64,000 nucleotides of DNA from Phoronis australis. Taxonomy: Eukaryota; Animalia; Phoronida. Below the pieces are notes generated by a model. That model had not been told where the DNA came from. It was given only the letters and a program-made list of their open reading frames with translations, and made no database searches. Made by a program: the position numbers and the translations under genes. Location of the stretch: NCBI GenBank assembly GCA_002633005.1, contig NMRA01000105.1, positions 908,010 to 972,009 on the forward strand. Direction: 5' to 3'. Every line of letters begins with the position of its first letter. Within the stretch, counting starts at the first letter, position 1. Positions 13,793 to 28,550 of the stretch are shown piece after piece.

Positions 13793-14275
13793 CTACTTGA
13801 AGTTGTCATCGTGCAAGGCTTTCCACACTAATCTTTTGAGAACATCATTTGAACCACGACTTTGTGGCGGATATATCCGACCACTCGCAGAGGTATCCAA
13901 GCGTTTCCCTATTGGTGAACAGCCGTGCACACTACAGAATAATCGTTTTCTTATTGTCGTCTCCTTGTCCGAGTCGTTCAAAGTTGATTGATTGTCTGTG
14001 CCCTCAGATTCAGCCTCCATACCACCAGCGGATGTGGCACGCGCTCGAAGTCTCGCGACTAATCTCGCCTCCAGTTCGTTGATTAACTGAAGTCTAAGAG
14101 AATCAATGAGGTCACTTGTGCGACTGTCGTCTTTCTGAAAATATCCATAAAATATCAATCTTTTCTCTTTTTGAGAACAAGGGATACAAATTGCCCTCAT
14201 TTCTCGTTCGACTTTTCAGAGCAAAAATTAGTTCTTCGTCTTACAGGCACTCGCCACAAGCTAATTCAAAACCAT
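13793..14275 (-). pseudogene. Decayed THAP-like ORF (possibly two tandem THAP starts), transposon-derived
   Basis: The ORF has an acidic/Ser linker followed by RLFCSVHGCS...IYPP...W. The upstream ATG at 14275 reads MVLN*LVASACKTKN, a possible earlier THAP start. The CxxHF end is not clearly present. Confidence 0.4.
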
Positions 14276-17200
14276 GTTCCGCGTCAGTTTTTATGGTAGT
14301 AAAATACTTAATAGTGTCGTAAATCACGCGGGACATTTTATCGAACGAGCTTGTGGCGATTGTCTTGAGTTAGAGCGTGCGCAATTACAAGCCCCGCCTT
14401 GGAAGAAACTGAGCACGTCAAAATCTATATTGAAGATCTAAATAATTACCTTTAATTAAAAAAAACAGTTTCAAAAGACGTGAAACGTTGCTGCACGTGA
14501 AGCACTTGAGCTAGGTGTGACATTAGATTAAGCTGCAGGTGCCGCGTCCACAAANCCACAAACAATTTCTCTTTTGGAAGACACCCGAGAATCATGGAGA
14601 AAGCTGAAGAGCATGTCAGCGTAACTCCAAGTTAACTTATATGATTAACAAGCCATTTTCACTAAGTCACGGTGAAGATACAAGATTTGAACAAAAGAAG
14701 ATAGTGGAGCATTATTTCCAATAATAAAAAGTAATGCGCAATAAAAAGTAATGCGCTTACTTTCCTATATATGGGTTGTATGTACATGTAAACTATCTTG
14801 TGAATGTGCAGATAGATGTCTGAACAGTTTACTAAAGAGACGTCTTGGCGAATAGTCTACAGACAGATAGATCACGCCAAAAGACGAATGATTCTGCAGA
14901 AATTCTGTATTTCACTGGGTAAACCAATGATGGGGAAATATCCATTCACGTGAGGACACAACCGGAAGTGAAGGGACTCGTAGAGATGAGGAATGCAAAA
15001 AGAGTCGATGCCGGATGAGTCAACTTTCCTCAAACGGGAACCTCTTGTCAGATAGCGGATGAATACGAGAATTAGTGCACGAGTCAGGCGGTGGTGTTAG
15101 ATTCCTATTATCCTATTTGTGGATCGGGCGATTTGGGGACGTTAATCAACAGTAAAACTCAGCCTATTCGCGGCGCCGACGGATGTATTTCAAATGCACA
15201 GTGGGGGGGGGGGTTATCGTCTTGTAGACGTCCGCTGAAATCAGTGAAAACTTGAAAACGTATATAAACCTGGGTTGCGTTCCATACACGCAAGGACTTA
15301 GCGAGTACAGCTAGCGTGATTACGTGCTGCGCTTGTAATGCATGGCAACATCTCGCAAAGTTTTGCGTAATCTTACGTTTGCTTGGGGCCATGGAACACA
15401 TACCTGGCGTTAACATAGGTGTTGGGGTTTAACTTAGCGTGATCAACCGGATGGCGCGTGCCTCGAGAACCTTCCACTCAACAGATTTCCCCGATGTATT
15501 CATTCAATGCATTTGTAGACCACTTAAATGTTTTGTTATTGCATGATTGTTGCTTATTCATACCAAAAAATAATGCAGTGGACCCCGGCTGTTGCGACAT
15601 CTATTGTGCTGAGGACGAAAATTAATATATCCCGGGAACGCCGGTACAAATTGTCGCCCGGGTGGATGATAAACTTCAATTAATTATAAAAACAATTAAT
15701 TGTGCGAGTCGTGCAAAACAACAAGTACAAAATCCTCATCAGCTGATAGGAATGAGACCAGGATGCAAGTTTACACTTTAGGCATGCGTAGCTACATGTA
15801 TACATGCATGAACGCCATCTGTCTACTTACGGAATCTGTTGATAGTTGGTTCTGTTGGTAAACAGGTAGTGCAGCGGTTAAAACTACATTAAAGAGGAGG
15901 AAAATTCCAATTGATTGCCATATCTGATAAACCCAACGAGAAGTCATTTTTGTGATCGGCTCCACAGTCTGAGTCTTTCAACTGTGTGGATCGTTAGCCG
16001 GGGAGAGTACTCTGTCGAGCGACCAAGACTTTCTGTGATGATAACTGAAACAGAGAATCAGTCTTTATTTAACGGTCACGTAACTTGATGAACAGTTTAT
16101 CTTGAATTGCATAATATAGTAATACATGTCGCAATCGATCGATGAATTGTTTGCAGTTCGGGATCGGATCTTTATACACCTGTAGTTTCATAACCAGGAC
16201 AACATTACCATTGCGTCACGAGGGAAGTTTAGCTGGCTGGCAGGTACATCGAGTTGCCGGTGCTTTTCTAAGGGACAACAATACAGGACCGCTTTAAATT
16301 TGAGAGGTTGCTTTCGAATGTCAACCCCTTAAATTTATTTTGAGAATTATTCTGGACAATTTATCTCAGGCGGCGATTCTCCTAGCTCAGCCACACATGT
16401 TACAGGGGGTGCTTTTGATGATTTTGGTGGTGGTGACGGAGTATAGCCATGAAGGATAATGGATATTATTCCTGTATAGGGTGTCGCAAAATGCTAAAAC
16501 AACGAAATGTACCATGAAACTCATGGAGTTCTTTGAAGTGGTGTATTCAACAAATTGAGCACAATGTTCCTCAGAAAACATAAAACATAAAACAATTGTT
16601 AAAACGCTTCTCCGCCTTGGCGCATCGACTTTTTTGAAAAGTCTTCCAATATTTGCATTTAGACCTGCAAATCTGGTTGCCTTGGTGCCAAAACTCGAAA
16701 TTTTTTATTATCTGCATGAACTGTAGCACTTTTCTAACAACTGTGCTTTGGAAAACATTTTGTGCTGTCTGGAATACCAAGTGAATATTTTTGAGACACC
16801 CCATCTATAGCAAGAACCTGAAAGCCGGTGGGTTTGTCACTGTGCTCTTGAAAGTGCTTCAGTACATTACTTCCCCTTCAGACTTTTAATTACTGAAACA
16901 TGACTCGTTGAGTTACGACTGTCATCTACTCCTCTTGCAAAATTACCATAATAATAGGCAATCCCCTATGGCTTCATCAGAAAAAAATCAAAATGGATCG
17001 TTTTGGAATTTGATGACGAAACCTCCAAGAACGAGCAACTTCACAAACAACTGACCTATCACCTAGAACATCATGTGGTAATCAGGAGGCCTCAAATATT
17101 CCCTCTCAGGCCAACGTCATTTGTGCAGACCTCAGTCATGAACAAGTTACGCGACATTACAACAGACCGTTTGACAAGAGCTCGCGTACATGTATGCACC

Positions 17201-20200
17201 AATACTCGTATGTATTTCCGCAGCGTCAACTGTCCCTTGAAAGCGTTTCATATCTGCGCATATGCAAACTTTAATGGCTTCCGAAAGCTCGCGAAAATCC
17301 AAGACTTCGCGAGATATCCGATCAATTGTAAGTGAAGTACATAATGAAACTAGCGCTACTCACGAAATGCTTGCATCTACTGAATGCAACCAGGCGTTAC
17401 AGTGAGACATTTGTGACTCTCAAACAGGAGAGTACCGTTGAATGCGCCTGTGATAACAGTCTTTACCAGGACTGTTAACAGTAGATTAGCAAGAAAACCA
17501 ACTTGAAGGATTGAAAATGAATTTCGCTTACGACAATTGAGACCTGCTAGACTGAAGTTATGATTTTACCCCTTTCCCGGGCCAAATCCTTTTTGTACGG
17601 TTACACTGTTCCCGCGGCCAGTTAGCATTTACTGAAAATCTGAAGGGTAGACCATTTAGCTTTAGTTATGATACACGATGTAAGTGAACGGAATAATCTA
17701 GTTTGCTTGTGCTTGTGAACACGCTAGGAATAAAAAAATCCACTAATTCGTGTGCAGGTTCCATTTTTTCAAAATGGTGGGTCCCTGAATCAGTGGCGCA
17801 TTAATTACTGTGCAGTGACTGAGGATTCTGCTGCGATTTCAGGCAACCCTCAAACGATTCAACATTAAAACAAAAATCTGGATGGCACCACTTTTGGACA
17901 ACATCTGTGGAGGCTGTCGTAAGTTTGCTTTCAGAGTCTAGTGTTGACTCATGTCGAACATTGGGCTGAAAAGTATCAATTTTGTGCTTTGTCACCCTTT
18001 TTCAGACCCTGGCTTCCTCTTTGGTGTAAATGAACAGGGTCAGAGACACAAAGACTCCTTGGTCATGTGTACTGCTTTTGTGGTGAAATGACGCAACTTT
18101 CCATCTTGCCGATAAATAGTTCGTTAGAGCAGAAAAGGCGCGGCAAATCCAGTGATTTGTGCACTTCTAGCCAAAACCTAGGCTGTGACTACCGTCATCT
18201 AACCGGCTTAATAGAGCCAGCTAGAACTAGACAGTTGTCACTGTCTAGCCAAACCAAGAGACAACTGCGCAGGGCCCTACTGTGCTCATTTACTGAGATA
18301 TGAAAACACTTCCGAGGGATAATTCTATGCTTCAAAGTACCCGAGACATTCGGGATGTTGCGAATGGCGATAATTGATTTTATGTAAGTGTGAGGTTTGA
18401 CGTGTTTTAACACAGTCCGGCAAATAACCCTCGTGCTTCTGGGATGATGAAGATGAACATGTCAGAAACATTGAACATTTTCGAGAATGACGTTTGCCAC
18501 GAAGATAAATGCATACGAATAAGTGTCCTGTAATTAGTACCAAGGCTGAGACATGTATGTGCGTTCTGTGACGTGCATGGGAATCTTTTCATAGAAACAA
18601 GATCCGAGACAAACGTACGTGTTTGTCCTTCAAGATGAACATTTTCTCGAGTATGACGTTTGTCGAGTGTTCTGGTTTGCTTCCGCAGAGTTCTTCAAAT
18701 TTGGATGAAAAAACGTTGCTCTTCAGGTCCTCACGGGACTGGAGCATTTCTCAGGGTCAGGCATTAGCAGAAAACGCAATGGCTTGTGTTTATGGTTACT
18801 AGAAGTAGCAGCGAGGGAAAGAGTGGCCAACAATGGGCCCGCTTGTACTGAAAATTTACGCCCATCGAAATCATGTATTGCGCCTTTGTTCAAACTACGG
18901 CACGCAGGTGTCGGTGTGCGTTACATATATGTGTGCATATCAAACACAAATCTAGTTTATCAAATAACAATGACATTCAGCTGCAATCACTTAAATCAAC
19001 AGATTTAAATATGCTGTGCAATCGAAAACGAGAAAAAAACTACTTTGAGTAACTTCAAACTACTACACTCTAATCGTAAAAACGTGCTAAAATTCAAACA
19101 CGTTTTGTACAATTAAAAGTAGCACAGATCACAACATATTGTTTTGCTTCGGGGCATAACTGATTTATTGGTTTTCGCTAAGAAAACTCTACGTTTTTGG
19201 CACCTCAGTTGTGTTTTCTCGTAATTGCAAAAATCTTGGTTATGCTCGTACATGTAGCTATTATCCAAAACGTCTACACCGGCCTGACGTTTTCACAATA
19301 TTGACTAACTCCGTGTCATTTAGCTTATTAAGACTTCAATCTCAAAAATAAAAGCCACAGGCGATTCAGCGAAATGATTTGACACCGTTCCAGACAATCA
19401 GCCAGTGACACCTGACGGTGAGGTTTATGTCGTGTGTGATCAGCAGAGAATGATGTTACTGTGCAGGCACACTGTACTTTCTGCATCCACAAAAATGATA
19501 TAATAAAAATAAATCTAAATAATATATAACAGTGGTTACCTCCAAAAATGTGCACAGTGTACAACTAGACCTAGAACATCGATGCAAAACCGATGTTTAA
19601 GTAATTGTAAGCTTAAATGCCAATCTAGCAAATAATTCCAGGATGTGAGAATACGTAAGCACAACGACAGTGCGCCATCTTTGTCCCACAAACATTGGTT
19701 GCGAACGAAAACTTGAAGATGGTTTCACAATGCGCTTGGGACCCTTACAAAGCAAACGAACGGTGTACCGAGAATGAACAAGGAAAGTGCCTATCACTGA
19801 TAAAAGCACGCAGACACTTCCACAATCTCTACGTAAATTAGATGATGCCAAATGACGTCGTATGGAGGTCGCAAGCTATTGTTTAACTTTCAAAATCCAC
19901 TGATGAGACGGGCGTAAGCGCGTCGCATGGTTATCGCCTATGGGATACAGGTCGCACGGATATCGTACCTTGGGTGCCTGTCAGCCGATTACCGATAAAT
20001 GTGTACCGTTACCTTAAAGTGAACAATGCCGGGATGCGCCTATCTACCAAAATGCGAGGAGCTTGTGACCTAGTTTCCAGTTACATGTATATTAGCAGCT
20101 CCCAATGCCTATTGGCACGCCTCTCATGCCACGTGACACCGTTGACACATAAAGCGCCCAACGCAGAGTAGATACATGTACTTGAACCTTTACCGACGTG

Positions 20201-20517
20201 CGCCTAGATATAATGTCCTCGCGCAAGAAGCTTACTAATACCTTCCGTATCACTGCCAAGACCCTGTAACAACAATGGAGTCATTTTTCCAGCCTGAACT
20301 TGCAGCTGTCGCGCCAGCTACATAACGTAAAATTGCCGTGAGGACTTGACAGGGACCTCAGGGGTTATCCACATTATTTTGAAAACGCTTTGCCCAGTCG
20401 CACATTGTGCGTCATAAAAGAGATAAGCATACCAGCAGCTGACGCAGCAAGTAAAACTACTCTCGTTTATCACATTGGTGTAGACACACAGTTGATCTAT
20501 GGTTTTCTGTAGACCCC

Positions 20518-20559
20518 AGACCGTCCCGAGTTGCACCACATACCAACTCGGGACGGTCT
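20518..20559. repeat. Perfect 16-bp stem / 10-nt loop hairpin
   Basis: AGACCGTCCCGAGTTG-CACCACATAC-CAACTCGGGACGGTCT. Confidence 0.9.
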
Positions 20560-23274
20560 CTCACGACGATTAAGCGTTATGAACGTTTAGACAGGGAATC
20601 GTGTAGCAAACTTCACGATTAGCTAAATAGGTGTCGGCATAAAAAGGCAAAAAATGAAAGAAATTCACGTTCCTATCGCTTTACAAATACTTTGTATCTC
20701 TTCTTATTTTCTTTAATCAACTCTATGGAATATGAATAAACGGTTCAACATGCCAGCGCATGTGAGATCGTTGACACATCTTCTCTTGATTTAGAAGCGT
20801 GGAGGTCAGTCATTTCACTATCATCATTTGTTCAAGATAACTTTCCAGAGCACCCAGTATTGTCACAGAACAATGTGCCCAGCGCAGACGGACAGCAATG
20901 AGCTGAGCTGTCTGCCTCGAGTGAGCAAAAGCTGAGCGGAAAGCTTACACTAAGGCGAGAACAACAACAAACTTGCACAATTATTTTCGCCACAAGGATA
21001 TCACATAATTATTGGCGATAGAAAACGATTGTCCCTCCTTCTTTTGAGGAAATTGTTTAAGGTTGAATCGCAGTGCTTTTACTTGACCGTTTTCCGCTGT
21101 ATCTGTATATGTCGGGCGTTTTTGCAGTTTTCATAAATATATAGGTCTGAATTAAATCTGATGTCGTCAAGCGTCGATTCATGTCAGTGGCACGTGAATA
21201 TCTACGATTGCATTGGAATCTTACCATTAGTTTACATCGGGTCGTACTATAATTCGACTCTCCACTAACGCTGTCATCAATGCGTTTTATTAGGTTGGTG
21301 TTTTTCGCGCACCCACCCGTGTACGTACATGTATGAACCCGGCTTCCGTCAAAACCCCCTTTTTAATGTTGCGGAAACCACGTTTGCTAGCAGCAAAAAC
21401 GCATTACGCAAACGGTTGTAAGAGTCGTTTTTGCTGGCGTTTTTTCGCTAGCACGTGTATGGCCAGACCGCTTACGCCAAAGGACACACATGTGCGGGGG
21501 TAAGCGGCCTGTGTTTTCGTGTTGTATGGCAGGGAGTGGGTGTATTTTGACCCCAAATTTCGCTTAAAAGCGACTCGTGTGTTAAGAGTTTCACAAACAC
21601 GCTTTCAACAAATACGTTTCGCATACCAGTCGGTATGAGAAACCACCGACAAACGAACTCATCCACAGCAAATGGAAAGGTGGTGAAGAGAACGACCCTA
21701 GTAGCGGTCCTAGCGGTAAAAATGCCCCCCCCCCATTGAATGAATGAGCAGCTAGTTCATACAATGTGTCGTACATATTTTTGCACGTAAGCGTGAGCTG
21801 CTAGCTCAGCTAGTGTTCGCTTGAGGTAGACAGTTGAGTTCACTGCCATGATGTTTGCGCTGACCCGAAGAGTCTAACCCGAATCAAGCGTTCGGTACGC
21901 TGTCTATTTGAAACGATCGGACATCTGTGCCTGGTAGTACATATGTGCTGTGTGCCAAATAATCCCAACAGGGTCTCAGCTATGTTCTCTAAAATCATTC
22001 ACGACCTTTACTGGCTTCGTGTTAATTGTGAATTCCTGTTTAAGGGTACTTTGTCTTCATTGCTACGCCAAGTTTTAACTTTGGCAAACAAGCGAGACTA
22101 AACTGAATAATTCTTAATACCTTTGGAAATAAATAGGGACCTTTTCATGCAACGCCCCTAACTGAAGGTCTTCTGCAACATTAGTTTTGCGCTCGTGGGA
22201 CCATCGCAACGGCCGCCAACCGCAGGTGTGGCATGTGGGCGTGACATGTCTGCGTTTGTCGAAGTTATCCATTAAAGGGACATACACTGTAATCGAACTC
22301 ACATGTACGACCAAAACGCAAATTTGGGATCATTGTTGAACGCAATAGGTTTCTTGAAGACATTGGCTTCGATCAGAGAGATAAAACAATAATACTAGCA
22401 GTGTTTAGTGATTTTACTACAAATCGCCAATTTTCGCCGTTGTCTGCCAGCCATTCGCTGAAATGGAGGTCGGTGACTATACCAATTAAACACGCTTAAA
22501 TCAACCTCCCATTTAACGAGTGGAATTTAGCTCCGCCAGCATACACACATAAATATGTCCTCGCTTACCGTCCCTTATGTTATGAAAACGTCTACATCGA
22601 ACAAACAGTAAATTGGCATTCAGACATAATACGTCTGAGTCTATAGACATGTTTTATTATGCATTTAAACTCATTTGTGCCATGTCTTGAAACTTTATTT
22701 GTTGTTCCTAATAATCACTAAAGCGGCTTTTATGAGAATTCCGCAATCCGACATCAATTTCAAGCGATGCAACGCTAGTCATTGGAAACTGAACAGCCTA
22801 CTATCGTATAAAAAGGTTGGCGTAACAATGCAACTCAAAGTTCTCCGCCATTCCACGAGGACTCCTCATGTGAAAACAAACGCCCTGGAGTTGAGAGATC
22901 ACCGAGAAATGCTATGCAAACTACTTGTCAGATATAGTTCGAGAGAGAAAATCACAAAGATGTAGATGTATTCTTGGAATGTCATTTATTTCTAATCCCA
23001 TGTAAATTCAATGAACCAGCGAAGACAATATTAAAAAAACCGTAATTTTTGAAGTCACAAACTGACCTGATATGGTACATGTGGGTTATATTGTGTATGA
23101 ATATTGCATGCTTCAAACTGTTGAAGCCTTACTAGCGTGGATGCGGCAGCAAGGGGTCAGACTACAATTGCTGAGGTTGTGGTCAAGTTGTGAGTTCAAT
23201 TCAGCGTTGGAACTGATCTCAGAAAACAATTTTTCTCGCCGATAGTTTTTTAAACTTATCCTAATTGGAGTACC

Positions 23275-23372
23275 GTACTCGTCCGGGTTACCGCCCATGC
23301 TCGGCTTACAGCCCACAGCTTGTTTTTTAGATTCCCAATTTAAGCGCCCTGGGTGGTAACCCGGACGAGTAC
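23275..23372. mobile_element. Small MITE, ~98 bp, 23-bp TIRs
   Basis: GTACTCGTCCGGGTTACCGCCCA and TGGGTGGTAACCCGGACGAGTAC differ by one mismatch. TA is present at both ends. Confidence 0.8.
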
Positions 23373-24126
23373 ATGTACTGTCTCAGTCCCAACTCTGTTA
23401 AACGACTATTGAGTCATATAAACGATGACATGACAAGACTGCGTCAGATTTGATCCATTTTTCAAAATTAGCTTGTGGGTTAGAACGAAGCAAGCACAAA
23501 TCAATATAGAGCACACTTTCGAATGATCTGCCTTTGGCTCATGTCCAGCTAAGAACGACACCTATAGCTCTGACAGACTGAGTAAAAATGTCTGCCGTCA
23601 CCAAGCACTTTGTGAAGATAATGTGCGGTTGGACTAGCACGCAGGCTTCCATACAGTATTAGCGTTCAAGCAATTGAGCACTAGAGTCGGTCATCAAATA
23701 ATTTAAATCTGTTCACGTAATCACGGCATTCCATCGTCCGCATTGCGTGCGGTTCTTCATTAGCCAGCCCATTTGCGCATGCGTCGCCCACACCAAACTA
23801 TGGATTTACAAATAATCTAGACTTCCGCTCATGCTTGAAACAATTAACAACTAATCTAGAGCTCAAATGAATTGAAAAAACGCTTGACCCGCTTAACTTT
23901 GAATCTTAGGCAATTTAACTTCATTTGCTACATTTGATAATAGATCGACAAATAGGTAACAGTATAATACAAATGGAATGATACAATTAGAATTATCAAT
24001 TCCAGGAAGCGCAAGTGCTTATCGTTAAGCACCGCTGCTATAAGCTTTTCCCAAGGGACCGGTGTATTGTTCAAGAGAGAAACCCATTCATATACATGAA
24101 TGACATAAATATTAAACTGGCGTGGA

Positions 24127-24346
24127 AATGTTTATCTGAAACATTTCTAAGTCTGGTCAGCACGCCACCTGTAGCCACATCACGTGACCTACTGAATGCA
24201 AATCTGACTTCTGCCCCAGCCGGGACTCGAACCCAGGACCTTCTGCTAGCAATGAGCAGTTTTTTACACTTATATTCACTAGGTCCCGTGATGTGGCCAC
24301 AGGCAGGTGGCGCTGACCAAACTTAGAAGTGTTCGAGAAAAACATT
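24127..24346. mobile_element. Fold-back element with ~70-bp arms enclosing a tRNA-derived segment
   Basis: Arms 24127-24197 and 24274-24346 are imperfect reverse complements. The minus strand of the loop reads CTGCT-CATTGCT-AGCAG-AAGGTCCTGGGTTCGAGTCCCGG, i.e. an anticodon-like stem-loop, T-arm and B box. Confidence 0.8.
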
Positions 24347-27300
24347 CATGTTCGAGTGGAATCAAAATGCGGGCTCAAACGGCCCCGCATCGAAGGCATT
24401 TTCCTGCGTGGTTTAAGTGCAATTATTACATGTATCCCAAAACATACCTATGAGCCGATTTCATTCATACAGATCAAATCGCAAAGACGGGTCTACTGGG
24501 TGGTAATTTTAATCTCTCAGAATTTTGCATGGGTAATTCAGTTAATTAGATATCCATCACAAAAAACTTTCACGTTGACGGAAGCTGATACATGGTGATA
24601 AAATGCGAAGTTTGCACAGTCGGGATGTTTTCATGTTGTTTCGCTACGGTTGAGTGACAACCCCTAAACCTTTAAACTAGAAAACCACACCATACACATT
24701 CTTGCGGGAGTTGTGCAGTAGCCTCTGCGTGATGGAGGAATGATCGCCCACGCCTTAAATCGAATGTGTTTTGAGTTCTTATATTTCCCTACAAGCCACT
24801 AGTTGGCCCATCTTTTACATGTAAAATAAGAAAAAAAATTCTCTATGGACGAGATTTCGATTCCAAGACATCCTGTAGTCCGTGGTTTCAGTTTACCAAC
24901 ACCCTGCACCGTATACCAGGACTACTGCGTGACAGAAAATTCAATACATATAAACTGTGTAGCTTTAGCATGTCTTTACACTCATGCGTTTGGGGTTAGG
25001 ATGCTTTCTGTTCGTCAGAAGTGCAAACACCTTGTCAATGTTCAAGAGTTCTCGTTTATGATTGGATAATACGTCATTATTTCCCTATGGTGGATGCACC
25101 AATCAGGTTGTCCCTCATTCCTCAATACGTTACCTCAAGTGCAGTTGTCCATTGACGAATTACCTTGGGACATAAGAAATCTTCGAAATAAAAGGAAGTA
25201 CCCCGTTTAAGGGTTGGTATAGGGCCCTCGAAAATGTCCAAGTTTGGCAAATTTCTCGAGCCTTATATCTCATAAATGTTTGATCAGATTTATGTGAAAA
25301 TTTTAAATGCCGTGCTTTAAGCACTGTTCTCACAACGGTGTTAGGAATTGTTGTCTTGGTGTTCCACATTTGCATGGGGGGGGACTATCAGAAATAGAAG
25401 CTTTTGTGATTTTTCTGAAAGCAACGCAAAATTTGCACAAAACGAAAACGAAATGAGAATTTCGAAAACTGTAACTGCATTTTTGAGATTTCATTTTCTC
25501 TGAACATTCATATGAAACGAAATTCGGTAATATTTTTGATACGATGGTTTTGCTATGAATGCACCTTTTCGTTTTAGCAAAATTTTAAGTAACTAAAAGA
25601 TATGGTCACGTGACCCTATTGAAGGCGGATTGGCATGAAGTCAAACATCAAATTTTACCGGCTTTCTACTTTCAGAGAAAATATTTTTTGAATTAAAACC
25701 TAAAGCTTCGTAGCTATTTGACTAAATACACAAATTAGTCTATAAGGTCTTACGTAACCGTGAGAAAACTATCTAGGCTCCTGCGGTAGTATTGCGAAGC
25801 AGTAACACTACGCATTCATTTTAATTATTAGAGTTATTAATTCAAGCGCCTTAACTCTATCTGTTCCACTATCTCACGTTTTTAACATTCCAATCTATTT
25901 AATGCACACAAAGTTGAAAACCCTCCTTAGATCTCTCTCTTATTATTGTTGTGTAGGCGTTTTAAACGAATTAACTCCAGGCGACGAGCCAGTGACATAT
26001 TTGCCCTGAACAAGTGCAATATTTTAAAGGACCTCACGCGGATTTTCCTGATATAGCGACAATGCGAATTTTACCGAAAGTTAGCCAAAAATGTCTCCAA
26101 GTCGTTCAGTTGCAAATGATATGCATTATGTATTCCAATTTTGCATCTTGATCACTGGCCTGGAGAAAACATCTTGGTTTTGTTCGTTCTGATGGAAGTG
26201 GATAAATCACCTACATTGTACAGGTAATTAATGACTCAAAACCAGTACACTGAAACAAGGATAAATGCTTATGAATAAAATGCACTAAGTTGAAAACTAT
26301 TGCACAAACACAGGAACTTAAACTTAAAATTCTTCAACAGCTGTCTGTAGGTTTTTCGGCAAGTATAATTCTATTGCAGTACGTGAACGTGCGTTTGTTA
26401 TGCTTTTAGTTTCGCAAATGTTTGTGAGGCAAATGATCGTACACCTCCTTGGTGAAGCACGTGGCCTTTATGTATCGCCTTACTTTCTCTCACTAACTCA
26501 ATTTGTCCGACGATAAGGTACGTAATTTCAAGGTTCATGCATGCCTGGTGTCAAGTAAAACACAGTACTCTGGTAAAAACAATAATTCGATTTTTTTTTG
26601 TCCCATCATTTGTTGCACTGGATTCAGGTGAACTGGCGTAGACATCTGATTAGTTCTCGATGACAACTTCCGGCTTACAAACCAATACTATGCTGGTTGA
26701 CCAGGCTCATTTCGCACAACAATCCAGAACTCGATTCCAAAACCTTGTTATTAGAGAGGTTACTCTACCAATTTCTTTTGCCTCTCGACCCTTTCCTAAA
26801 TACAATGAGACTATCCCCTGGTTATTTACCCTGGCCCTAATCAGCACCAGCACCCGCGTCGGCCAGGACTGACACGAGGTCAAGTCGCCTTAATTTCAGT
26901 TGACTTTGAAAAGTTAACTTAAGTAATAAGTGGCTGTATTCCACCTTTGGTAACAAACACTGATTGAGATTGCTAACCGATATGGAATTGGGCCTGGCTT
27001 TGTACCTTAATCAAATTAGAAGTGTTTTGTTGCCTTGCAAAGAACATCAGTTCGCCATGAGTCGCCTGAAATTAGTTTTCAAGCAACAACAAACTGTCAT
27101 TTTTCCATGCACGGCATTCATTACCTTTCACCTCAGTTTGGAAAACGTGGAGATGCATTTTATAGTGACCGAGTGGTCCAAATCAAAATTTAAGTTTTTA
27201 CGGAATTAAGAAAACATTACCAGGAAGGGCCAAGTGACTAAACAACGATGTTGGTGTTTTTTCGAAAGTAATTGGATACGTACTTGTAACGGAGGAGTAA

Positions 27301-28550
27301 ATAACTGACATTCATCGTTTTGTTCAGAATGTGATCAGTTTCAAGTTCCTTGTTTTACGATTCACAATAACGGCGTAACTTTGCTTTGGAAATGATAACT
27401 TCGACAAACACTATCGGAAATTCCCACACGCGTCTCCAAGATGCCGTTGATGTATACAATGTACAGGGTGTCGTAAATGTAATGACTGTCTGATTTAAAA
27501 GTTTGCACATGGAGACTGGGGACACCGATCTTCGTGGAAGTAAGTGATAACGTCTACTACTTATCTCGTACACAGATTGTAACAAATATTTGTGAATGTC
27601 GATAAACAGTGTCTTTTGTGTGGACTTCGGAGTGTGCAAGTGGTCAAAAAAGGGTTTGCCCCCATTGGCGCTCTGGAGAGCCCGCTCGATGAGCGATTGC
27701 TATTCCACTTTAAAGTGTAATCTATTGTTTGAGAGAAACATGCATTCTGAATAAACGATGACAAACACTCACGTCTGCTTTTCATGTAACTGCATAATTA
27801 TAACAAATTAAAACCGTTAAATGACATCCTCCTGGGTTCCAGAAGTCACACCCTTCAACATGGTTGAAGAACAAATATGGTCACTTAAAACTGTTCCATA
27901 AGTTTATGTCCTGATCTACAGATGCACTATAACTCAGTGATTTTACAGACGAGCGGCATCGTTTTAACTTTTGTCCAATTGGGCACTATGCAACACAATG
28001 CCTGCGTAGCTTCTTTGTTTGTAAATATATGTGCATAACTATCAATGGCTTGCACAGTTAAGTACGCCAGGGGTGCGAATTTTCTCAGGAAAGTCACAAT
28101 TATTTTCATTCAATTACTTAGTGAGACGCCGGAAGAGAGAATAAGAGGCAGCTAATAGAGCAAGAAATTTTACCTTAGCCTACATCCGCGGTTATGATTC
28201 ATTCACGGAAAAATCAGTTACTCACCTTAGTTGCAAACCCCTTGATGCTATCAATCGAGCGCGTCAATGGATGTTCTGGGCACAACTTGACTGAACGGTT
28301 TTATATTTCAAAGAAATGAGATACTGAATTCATACAAGTTAGCTATAATTGAGAATTCAGAATGATTTCTTTTTTTTACGTTAACACCTTTACTTTGTGC
28401 GCCGAATTATTGTTATCCTGGTTCAAACCATTCAAGCGCAATATACACCGTTCACGTATAATCTACACCATTCCATTCATGTACAATCCACACTACTCTA
28501 GTACAAATTACACCATTTATGCATAGTCTTTATCACTCATGAATAATCTT

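Noticed and set aside
24204-24285. Functional tRNA gene
   Set aside because: The D-arm/A box and 5' acceptor strand are decayed and the anticodon loop is non-canonical.
28226-28290. Minus-strand 65-nt exon candidate (KLCPEHPLTRSIDSIKGFATK, GTGAGT donor)
   Set aside because: Good donor but weak acceptor tract, no partner exons and no recognisable homology.
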